DNA of 64,000 nt from the NCBI GenBank assembly GCA_016706255.1, contig JADJJZ010000006.1, forward strand, positions 486,022 to 550,021, given 5' to 3'. Below the pieces are notes generated by a model. That model ran no database searches. It was not told the DNA's origin and saw only the letters and a program-made list of their open reading frames with translations. Shown piece after piece: positions 53,371-60,953 of the stretch. Both the position numbers and the translations under genes were made by a program. The DNA comes from Bacteroidota bacterium (GTDB lineage: Bacteria; Bacteroidota; Bacteroidia; Chitinophagales; BACL12). The stretch's first letter is position 1, and each line of letters starts with the position of its first letter.

Positions 53371-53676
53371 ATGAATATTTTGAAAAAAATAAAGACTTGT
53401 TTAAAAGTCTATCGCAACAAAAAAATGCTCTTTATGAAAGCTAAGAACAAGAAAAAACTTATTCTATCTCTGATCAAAGATGATTTAATAAATGCCAAGC
53501 TAGTAAATGGTTTGAATGAGATCGGTCTGAATGCAGATAATTATTCTCTGCACCTGAGCGATACAATTTTTAACCTCATGAGATTTGAGGATAACGAGGA
53601 AACGGAAACAACTTTCGAACGATATATGGAGTTGGCTAAAGAGATCAATGTTCATAGATATTTCACAGTCTCATAA
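53371..53676 (+). CDS. Hypothetical protein (only plus-strand ORF in the cassette region)
   Basis: 101-aa ORF. Probable start at an internal Met (MLFMKAKNKKK...). Confidence 0.4.
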   Translation: MNILKKIKTCLKVYRNKKMLFMKAKNKKKLILSLIKDDLINAKLVNGLNEIGLNADNYSLHLSDTIFNLMRFEDNEETETTFERYMELAKEINVHRYFTVS

Positions 53677-54320
53677 GCCTATGGATGATTTAGCTTTACA
53701 AATTTATACTGAAATATTGTCTCGAAAGCCCAATGATTAATATTATTGCGGGTGGGTGATTTGGCTCTTTTGATTTTGCCTTTTGTGTCGGCTCGTGCGT
53801 TGGGGGCAAAAGCAAATGTGCCAAATGTGTGTCGGCAAAGTCGAAATGTGTCGGGTTGCAATAAATTGTCTACGGAGATAAAATAAACATTTTTGTCGGA
53901 ATGTAAGTCGCCCGATTTTTAGTAGGAATTGTCAAGGTTGCACTGTCGTCCGACGCTTGCCCTATAACTTGATTATTTGAGAAGTGTTCCCCAAAAAACC
54001 TCTCCAAATCCTACTTCAGTGCTTGAATCAGTAGGTTTAACTTTTTAAAACTACCTCTTATTTTTTTATTCAACCATTTAATAGCTACAAATTAATTTGA
54101 CCTTAATCCGAAATGTTTTACCACCTCAACGCATTCAACCCTACCACATCTTTCAATCTCTAATCCTGGAGCTAAATGCTTTATCAGTATTTTAAAAAAT
54201 TACCGCTCCAAATTCACGGAAAACCGTTAATCTTAAAATGTCACATTTTTAAAATTACGAACGCAATAAAATCAATACTTTTGGGCAAATGGGATTCATT
54301 TTCGCCACTTTACCATGTCA

Positions 54321-54432
54321 CACTGAAGTAGAAGCTGTTTTTTGCACCGCAAAAAATCCACTTCACTTAAAATAGAACATTTATCCTTCCAACTTTACTT
54401 AAGTGGCAGCAAAAAACAGCTTCACTTTAGTG
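54321..54432. other. Long imperfect hairpin in the ORF-free zone
   Basis: CACTGAAGTAGAAGCTGTTTTTTGC (54321-54345) pairs with GCAAAAAACAGCTTCACTTTAGTG (54409-54432) with 1 mismatch and 1 bulge. An inner 6-bp stem CCACTT/AAGTGG is also present. Confidence 0.6.
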
Positions 54433-54804
54433 CAAGCACTCAACCCTTTTCATTCCAATAATATTCCCGATTTCTATTTATTTCCATGCATCTTCATCTT
54501 TCTTTATATTTTAAAGAAACTTTCGAAGACTCCGTCGAAGTTTATGGGTTCAAGATGCTCATCATTAAACTCGGTAATGTCATCAATTTTATTTGTCGTG
54601 TTAAATAATACAATGTCCCAGCTCATATTACTGTAATTTTTGAATTTGTTAAAAATGGCACAGTCGTTTTTTTATTTGTCACTTGAAATTTCTTCTCTAT
54701 CTATTAATCCTTCTTTATTCGTTGGCTCTTCTTCGTTAGCAGATCTATCAAATAAATTTCTTAGTCTTCTAATTTGCCTTTGCCTATTAAAAGTTTCATC
54801 ACAG

Positions 54805-55241
54805 CTAAGTTGGTAAAAAAGCTAATATCCAAATTCCGATTGTTGATAAAGTTGACAAGCCATAAGCTGCAGAAATCATGCTAATCAACATAAATGAAAT
54901 AAATCCGAGCCATGAATAATAACTTGCTTGTTTAGATTTTAAAACATAACCGTCATCTCTAAAATTTTGCCTTACAGCAAAGGAAACCAAATAAAAAAGA
55001 ATAGATTTTTTTGAAGGAAATTCAAGTCATCAACAATGTTATATCTAATGCGTTTGACTGCTTTCTCAATTTGGTCGTTTTTATAATTTTTAATATCGTC
55101 CTCTGAAACATTTCTTTTTGATATTTCTTCTAAAGCAACAGTTACTGCTGTTTCGGTATAGCTAAATTTTTCATCAAGAATTTCTAATAACTCTTGAGTT
55201 GAAAGTTTTGAATAAGTTTCTTGTAATTCTTCTCGTGTCAT
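54805..55241 (-). pseudogene. Cassette ORF: membrane-anchored hypothetical, one frameshift
   Basis: ORFs 54972-55241 and 54805-54990 join across an A/T run (…DDLNFLQK / …VSFAVRQNFRDDGYV…). Confidence 0.5.
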
Positions 55242-55342
55242 AATAAAATGGTTAACTTTTGGAGCTAAAGAAAGTGCATAATAAAAACTTCCTAACTGTC
55301 TAATTGAACTAAAGGTATAAAATGTTCCAAGTTCATCGCAAG

Positions 55343-55420
55343 TGCAAACAGTGTCTTACCGCTGAAAATTTGCGCATGCAATTTACACTTACCTCCGCAT
55401 TTTTTTAGCCTGCGTTACCA
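55343..55420 (-). repeat. attC-like site (short)
   Basis: Minus strand: TGGTAAC-GCAGGCTAAAAAAATGCGG ... GCGCAAATTTTCAGCGGTAAGACACT-GTTTGCA. It starts 1 nt after the stop of the upstream ORF. Confidence 0.4.
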
Positions 55421-55421
55421 G

Positions 55422-56013
55422 CTAACGTTTATTTTTTCTAGCGTCTGCTCGCATTCCTAATTCCATTTCAAGTTGTGCTTGCCAAAATCCGTCTTCGGAT
55501 GTTGTTCGGTTGTCAGCAAGTTTCAACCTTTGTTTTAGTGTTTCAAATTGTTCGTCAGTAAAGTTGGAGTTTATGAAAGCGTCTTCGCCATTTTCTTTTT
55601 GAACAGTTAAAACAAAGTCTCGGTAAATTATTAAACAATTTGTCAACGTCTTGATAGAACAATTAAAAAACCGAGATGAAAAATAATCTTCGTGGTCAAG
55701 CCATTCTATTTCGTCATTTTGTCTGTATTAATAACTATCGCGTCACCGTCAGCGCATGAACCAATTACTACATACTTTTCGTATTCAGATTCAAGAAAGT
55801 CGTATTGGGTAGTCAGTTTATTTATACCTTCATAAAGATCATTGGTGTTTTTGCAAACGATAAAAACGGTGCTGCCTCAACCGGTAGTCCAATGTTGGTT
55901 AAAAAGTCTATTGTGTCAGGCTTGAGATTTAAGTTTCTAAGACTGTCTTTGTCGATTGGAGAAAGCTTGTCGCCTGTTGATGTCCAAATATTTTTAAATT
56001 GGTCTGAAGTCAT
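55422..56013 (-). pseudogene. Cassette ORF: SUKH-superfamily (SUKH-4-like) immunity-type protein, multiple frameshifts
   Basis: ...FLTNIGLPVEAAPFLSF..., ...YVVIGSCADGDAIVINTD..., ...WLDHEDYFSS... and the C-terminal ORF 55422-55646 lie in different frames. ATG is 11 nt after the core at 56025-56031. Confidence 0.55.
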
Positions 56014-56024
56014 TTTACGCTTGC

Positions 56025-56154
56025 TGTTAACGTTTGCGTTTCTGCAGCGGTGACTTTCGAAGCCGCGGCCTGTCCCACGAAACAAAAGTGTTGAACGAAG
56101 ATAAAACTTTAAATCAACAGGTCACAGCACCAATGCAGAAACATACTGTTATAC
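56025..56154 (-). repeat. attC-like site
   Basis: Minus strand: GTATAAC-AGTATGTTTCTGCATTGGTGCTGTGAC ... GTCACCGCTGCAGAAACGCAAAC-GTTAACA. Confidence 0.8.
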
Positions 56155-56348
56155 GCAGTTAATTTATACGTCCCACTTGTTTTGAAACTTGTATATACTT
56201 GTCAGACATTATAAAATCTACACAGTCGTTAATCATTTGTCTTAGAGTCCTTTTTCATTTTCAATTATTTTTGTCCCCAGTCCGCACCATTTATTGCAGA
56301 AATAATTTTTGATTCTAACGCTGACCGAATTCCTATTTCTTTTTTTGT

Positions 56349-56531
56349 CTAGTAGCAAACTTCAGGGTAAGGCAAATTGTCGCGTTTCTCTAAGTATGCT
56401 TTTTGCACAAATTCTATTTCAAAAATTTTAGATTCTTTGTCCATCATTAACAATGTCACTGAACCACCGTCCATCCAAGCATGAACCTCCTCAATAGTCA
56501 ATTGTCCTGTAGGGTTGAATAATCTATCCAT
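56349..56531 (-). CDS. Cassette ORF (hypothetical)
   Basis: 60 aa. ATG is 11 nt after the core at 56543-56549. The TAG stop is followed by 27 further sense codons in frame. Confidence 0.4.
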   Translation of the reverse strand: MDRLFNPTGQLTIEEVHAWMDGGSVTLLMMDKESKIFEIEFVQKAYLEKRDNLPYPEVCY

Positions 56532-56542
56532 ATATTAATCAA

Positions 56543-56672
56543 GCACGACGTTTTGGCGCTTGACGAAAAAGCGGATTTCGAATCACTAAATTGTCTGGCA
56601 GCCCTATTTGATACGAAGCACAAAGCTACATTTAAGTAAAGAACCCACTTTTTTGCCAAATGCAGGATATGT
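56543..56672 (-). repeat. attC-like site (inverse core degenerate)
   Basis: Aligns along its length with 57385-57515 (…TTAAATGTAGCTTTGTGCTTCGTATCAA…GCCAGAC…AAATCCGCTTTTTCGTCAAGCGCCAAAAC-GTCGTGC). Confidence 0.6.
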
Positions 56673-56676
56673 GCCT

Positions 56677-57375
56677 CTATTCGTTGCATATGTCAATTAT
56701 TTTATGACTTTTTTGTTTCCAAGTATTTGTCCTTATGTTAAGTTGGTAAATGTGTTCACCTAAACCACAAACGCCTGCAGGCACGTACGTAATCAAAGTG
56801 TTGCTCTTATTTTTTATTTTTGACGGAAAATAAGTCATTGAGTCCGTCAAGAATTTATTTAAAGTGAATTTATTGTCTATGCCTTGCAAGTAATAGCTAT
56901 AAAATGTCCCACCATTTCCACCAGAATCATTGATTACTGCTATGTCGTCTTTATTATCAAAGTTTAGGTCAGCAACTATTAGGTCGCCATAATAATTATC
57001 AACTACTTCTTTGTCGAGATTAATTTTGGTAGAGTATGAAATAACATTTTTACAGTTCATAAAAACGTCCCTGAAATAAAAGTGCGAGCTTACTGATATA
57101 TTATCAATCACTTTCTTTGTGGTCTTGTCTGTAAGGAACAATTTAACAATACAGGAGTCATGATGCTCTTTGGAATTTGTGTGTCGCTCAAAATTAACTT
57201 TAATGTCAAACTGTTCAGATAGGTTCAAGTGCTCACACGCTGTACTTGTAAAGGAATCGTATATTGACATAGGTTTAGTCATAGAAATTATTGAATCAGT
57301 ATTTTCAAACTGTTTAGATTGTTTTGTTGAACAACTGTAAATTAATATTGTTAATATGAATAGTGTTTGTTTCAT
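56677..57375 (-). CDS. Cassette ORF: lipoprotein with FG-GAP/VCBS-like motif
   Basis: MKQTLFILTILIYSC lipobox starts 9 nt after the core at 57385-57391. DLNFDNKDDIAVINDSGGNGG motif. The ORF-track start at 57465 lies inside the attC-like site and is probably spurious. Confidence 0.6.
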   Translation of the reverse strand: MKQTLFILTILIYSCSTKQSKQFENTDSIISMTKPMSIYDSFTSTACEHLNLSEQFDIKVNFERHTNSKEHHDSCIVKLFLTDKTTKKVIDNISVSSHFYFRDVFMNCKNVISYSTKINLDKEVVDNYYGDLIVADLNFDNKDDIAVINDSGGNGGTFYSYYLQGIDNKFTLNKFLTDSMTYFPSKIKNKSNTLITYVPAGVCGLGEHIYQLNIRTNTWKQKSHKIIDICNE

Positions 57376-57384
57376 TTTAGTGGC

Positions 57385-57515
57385 ACATAACGTTTTGGCA
57401 CTTAGCACAAAAGCGGATTTAGAAGCACTGAATAGTCTGCCGGCACTTACCTTACTAACAAGCACAAAGCTTCATTTAACCGCTGATCCCGCTTTTTGCT
57501 AAGCGCCTGTTAGGG
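57385..57515 (-). repeat. attC-like site
   Basis: Minus strand: CCCTAAC-AGGCGCTTAGCAAAAAGCGGG ... CCGCTTTTGTGCTAAGTGCCAAAAC-GTTATGT. Confidence 0.85.
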
Positions 57516-57575
57516 TAGGTTTTATAAATACAAAATTTATATTAGAAAATAAGGCTGGGTCTTGAATTGCAATCA

Positions 57576-57819
57576 TTACAACTCAGATTTTTCCCAGAAA
57601 ATTTCTAATTCATTATTAGCGCAAAATGCTCTTTCAAGTATGTTCACCAACTCATTATCTGCTCCGTTCTCACGGAATGTTCAATATGCTTAGGTCTAAC
57701 CAATATTCCTGATCATCTTTACTTTCTTCCTCAAGTTGATCAATTAGAAATTGTAACTGCATTTCATTAATTAAGCCAATTTCCTGGTTTGTCTCTTTGT
57801 TTTTTAATTTGTACATCAT
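57576..57819 (-). pseudogene. Cassette ORF: small acidic protein, one frameshift
   Basis: MMYKLKNKETNQEIGLINEMQLQFLIDQLEEESKDDQEYWLDLSILN then a shift to ...ENGADNELVNILERAF..NNELEIFWEKSEL. Confidence 0.5.
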
Positions 57820-57968
57820 TAAATTAGATTTTAAAATTATTGTTTGTTTCGTTTTTTAGAGTGGTCTCTGGACTCCACTATTATTGTTTGTGGAAAATTA
57901 AATTCATGAATTGTCGATCTGAATTGTTAGTCGAATATTTCTTGCCTCAATATGTCTTTTAAATTTGC

Positions 57969-58097
57969 ACTTAACGTTTGTGTTTATGACGGCAGGTTTT
58001 CGAAGAGCGTCACTGCCCCATTTTGCTGAACGAAATTAAGAAAACAAAACTTAAAACCTACACATCACCCCAAGCTGGCATAAACATTTTGTTACCT
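57969..58097 (-). repeat. attC-like site
   Basis: Minus strand: AGGTAAC-AAAATGTTTATGCCAGC ... CCTGCCGTCATAAACACAAAC-GTTAAGT. Confidence 0.8.
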
Positions 58098-58110
58098 GCT
58101 GTTTCTAGCA

Positions 58111-58763
58111 CTACCAAAATTTCCAAAAAGGTCTTTTGTCGTCCTTTATTTCCGATAATATTTGAACAACTCTTTCTTCCCCCCAATCCTGGTCATCAGG
58201 TATCTTCTTCCAGTCAATATCTTTTATTTCTATCCGTTCATCGGCTGACCCCGACCAATCAACTTTGAATCCATTCTTCCTTAGTTTTCAATAATTTTTT
58301 GCTATCAGAATCGCTTCATTGTTCTCCTCAGCTGTTAAAGCCAAGATACAAGCTCCTTGATTCTGGATCAACCGCTCTTCCCAAATCTTGAGAATGATAA
58401 TAGCAAAAACCTACTGCTTTAATTCCAAGCTCATCAAGTCTCTCTATTGTCTCCATACAATCTTCCTCACCGTCTGATCTTGTAAAACCCCACATTGTGC
58501 AAACAAACAATTCTTTCAGATATAAGCTCATCGAATATTTTAGCAAGCCGTTCGAAGTCGGTAGGATGTGTCCAGTGAAGACTTTCACTTTGATGTTTTG
58601 AATACCTATCCGATATTTTATCTTAAACCAAACCCTCGTCAAAATCACTTTCGTCATAAAACATTTCTCGAATACTTTCAAAAGTTCGTCTTCATTCTCA
58701 AAGCCAAACTTTATGTCGAGCTCTAATTGGTCAATGGCTTCTTTCTTTATTTCACTCTGTCAT
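58111..58763 (-). pseudogene. Cassette ORF: DUF6891-like (immunity-type) protein, several frameshifts
   Basis: ...GFTRSDGEEDCMETIERLDELGIKAVGFCYYHSQDLGRAVDPESRSLYLGF... then ...AEENNEAILIAK... and ...KNGFKVDWSGSADERIEIKDIDWKK... in other frames. Confidence 0.5.
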
Positions 58764-58789
58764 ATCTAGTGGCTAATCAATGAAATAGC

Positions 58790-58922
58790 TGGTAACGTTA
58801 TAGATTTGCGATAGACGGGCGGTTTTCCATTACAAATGTTCATTCTAAGATACAAACTTTCTGTAACCACAAAACCGTTCAGGAGCGGTAAGCCCCGCCT
58901 ACGTTAAAATGTGCTGTTATGC
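58790..58922 (-). repeat. attC-like site
   Basis: Minus strand: GCATAAC-AGCACATTTTAACGTAGGCGGGG ... CCGCCCGTCTATCGCAAATCTATAAC-GTTACCA. Confidence 0.8.
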
Positions 58923-58932
58923 GTAGTAGTCC

Positions 58933-59319
58933 TCAGTCCCGATTGGCGTCAATTATTTTTTTAACGAATTCTCTTCCATTAGTCAAACTTTCATCACCTC
59001 GAAATTCACTTGTTTCGATTGTTCCGTCATTAAAGACTTCTATTTCGAGTCTTGCCCCAACAATTGTTACACAAATCATTACGGAATTGTCTCTGGTACG
59101 TTCTAATTGATAGTAAATTTTGGCGCTGTCAAGTTCTTCCAATATCTAATAGAGTGGGTGATTGCTTTTGATGGTTTTCAGTTTCTTTATTATAAAACCA
59201 ATCACATAGTCTGGCTGAGTAGTAATGGAAAGGTCTTTGTTTTTGACAAGCTCTTTCAAAGCCTTCTCAACAGTTTTCCACTCTTTCAAAGATTTATATT
59301 CAACGTATGGTGACTTCAT
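58933..59319 (-). pseudogene. Cassette ORF (hypothetical) with an in-frame TAG, or two short ORFs
   Basis: MKSPYVEYKSLKEWKTVEKALKEL...SNHPLY-TAG(59146-59148)-ILEELDSAKIYYQLER...; a continuous frame of 128 codons. Confidence 0.45.
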
Positions 59320-59359
59320 GATTTACAATTTATTCGGATACGGATGGTCTTCCTTTACG

Positions 59360-59491
59360 CGCTAACGGTTTGCGGCTACCCGAAGGGCGGGACATTTACC
59401 ACAAAACTTGATTTTGAAAACTAATGTTTGATTAACCACAAAACTGTCCTTGGAACACAAAACCCCGCCTTTTGGGTAGGTGCTGTTATGC
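59360..59491 (-). repeat. attC-like site
   Basis: Minus strand: GCATAAC-AGCACCTACCCAAAAGGCGGGG ... CCCGCCCTTCGGGTAGCCGCAAACC-GTTAGCG. Confidence 0.85.
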
Positions 59492-59602
59492 GTATGGCGT
59501 TTCTGTTCTGTCATAGTAAGTTTGTTCTATCATTGCTGTCCTTAATTTCTCATATTTTTCTTTAAGTTCTTTTGGTGGTTCTTGACCACAACAATATCTC
59601 AT
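59486..59602 (-). CDS. Cassette micro-ORF (38 aa)
   Basis: MRYCCGQEPPKELKEKYEKLRTAMIEQTYYDRTETPYA. The TAA stop is embedded in the inverse core GCATAAC. Confidence 0.35.
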   Translation of the reverse strand: MRYCCGQEPPKELKEKYEKLRTAMIEQTYYDRTETPYA

Positions 59603-59637
59603 TTTTCTTGTCGTAATTTGTCAAACTCTACTTTTAG

Positions 59638-59728
59638 GTCGCTACGTTGTGGAAATAAATAATTCTTGAATTTGTATTAATGTGTCCGCCAAATTCTGTG
59701 CAGAGTAATAAACTGTCACGTTAGCTAA
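59638..59728 (-). repeat. attC-like site (short, degenerate)
   Basis: Minus strand: TAGCTAAC-GTGACAG ... TTCCACAAC-GTAGCGAC. The GTT core has lost one T. Confidence 0.35.
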
Positions 59729-60174
59729 ACTGTATTCTTTTGCTTTTCAAGTTCTTGCAACTGAATTTTTAATTGTCCGATTATATTATAGAAGTCGTAA
59801 ATTAAGTTTATTGAGTCAGAGGAAAGGTAAAGCATATTGTCTGCAATGTCTGTGTGGCATTTGCTTACAGAATTGTCAAACTTTTTCAATGCGTCATTTA
59901 TACAAGAAGTGTCAACACACGTTCCTGATAATGAAACGTGCAATTGTTGAACATCAAAAAGTATTTTGGATAAAGAAGCATAAACTTTTTTCTCCTGTTC
60001 ACGAATATCGTCTTTGGATTTATACTGCAAATCGAGATTTTTTTCGATTCTCTTTAATTGTCGGTTATTGCGATTTGTTAACCACAATATTCCCAATGGC
60101 AGAAATACGCCAGTCAAAATAATATTTACAAGGCCAGGGTTATTGTCAAGAATGTGTTTGAGTGTTTCGTTCAT
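59725..60174 (-). CDS. Cassette ORF: N-terminal TM plus coiled-coil protein (hypothetical)
   Basis: 149 aa, intact. TM helix LVNIILTGVFLPLGILWL. Starts 5 nt after the stop of ORF 60179-60553. Confidence 0.5.
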   Translation of the reverse strand: MNETLKHILDNNPGLVNIILTGVFLPLGILWLTNRNNRQLKRIEKNLDLQYKSKDDIREQEKKVYASLSKILFDVQQLHVSLSGTCVDTSCINDALKKFDNSVSKCHTDIADNMLYLSSDSINLIYDFYNIIGQLKIQLQELEKQKNTV

Positions 60175-60178
60175 TGGT

Positions 60179-60553
60179 TTAAATATTTTTTCTGCGAATT
60201 ACTGACCACCTCGGTTCAGGCACCATTTCAAAATCTTTGCTATGCGTTAAAAAGTAAAATGTCATTTCCGTTGAGCCAATATTTGTTATTCGTATTAAAG
60301 TCATTCCGTTTAATAAATGGTCGTGACAATTTTGACTTGATACTTTTAATTTATTCCAAGAAATACTATTGTCGGCTGTACCTTTTATTTCATAATTCTC
60401 AACAACACCATTTATTGAAGTTGAAAGGTCAATTCCGTTTCGATTTGTAATAAAAGTGGTCGTGCCATTTATTGAAAAGAAATACAACTTTGCTATTTCA
60501 ACTGCCAATTTACCAACGCCGCTTTTTTTTTCCAGTGTTTGATAAAGTGTCAC
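60179..60553 (-). CDS. Cassette ORF: small PD-(D/E)xK-like (DUF3883-like) protein
   Basis: 124 aa, intact, GTG start. ...NGIDLST...ENYEIKGT... fits D...ExK spacing. Confidence 0.4.
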   Translation of the reverse strand: MTLYQTLEKKSGVGKLAVEIAKLYFFSINGTTTFITNRNGIDLSTSINGVVENYEIKGTADNSISWNKLKVSSQNCHDHLLNGMTLIRITNIGSTEMTFYFLTHSKDFEMVPEPRWSVIRRKNI

Positions 60554-60786
60554 AAGCCGTTAAGTTGGTCTTGAGTTATTGAAAAAATTATGTGTCGTCA
60601 TTTTGTTCTGTTGTCTTTACGCTTACGCATAACAATATATTTGCGAATATACAAAATTCCAAAATACGAATCTGAAATACAACTCATTGATTATCAATAA
60701 TAAAAATTGTAGTTTTTTGGATATACAAATTGAAGTAAGTTGCGCAAAGCCGTTTTGGCAAGTTGTAATAGGGCCTCAAAAGTTTA

Positions 60787-60905
60787 ACCTAGCCGGGCCG
60801 CAAAAGAAAAGCCCGCAGACCTGAGGAACGAAGGGACGAGGACTTGGAGCGGAGGGCCGGCAGCGATGTTGTGGGTGTGGGGGATGTTGATGCTTCAAAT
60901 TCAGG
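60787..60905 (+). repeat. GC-rich ~125-bp repeat, copy C
   Basis: ACCTAGCCGGGCCGCAAAAGAAAAGCCCGCAGACCTGAGGAACGAAGGGACGAGGACTTGGAGCGGAGGGCCGGCAGCG...GGGTGTGGGGGATGTTGATGCTTCAAATTCAGG. Inverted homologue of 18500-18624. Confidence 0.8.
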
Positions 60906-60953
60906 ATATTACCATATTGTCGAGCAGTCGCACGCCGTCTACTATTACGGCGG

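Noticed and set aside
49216-53700. Retron (Ec78-type), because PtuAB-like effectors accompany some retrons
   Set aside because: There is no reverse-transcriptase ORF anywhere in the window, and no msr/msd-like structure adjacent to the operon. The upstream partner is a methyltransferase instead.
43900-60950. Integron integrase (intI) or any tyrosine recombinase flanking or within the cassette array
   Set aside because: No ORF or frame fragment that I translated shows R...HxxR...Y recombinase motifs on either side or in the 53.7-54.6 kb gap. The integrase is either absent or lies outside the window.
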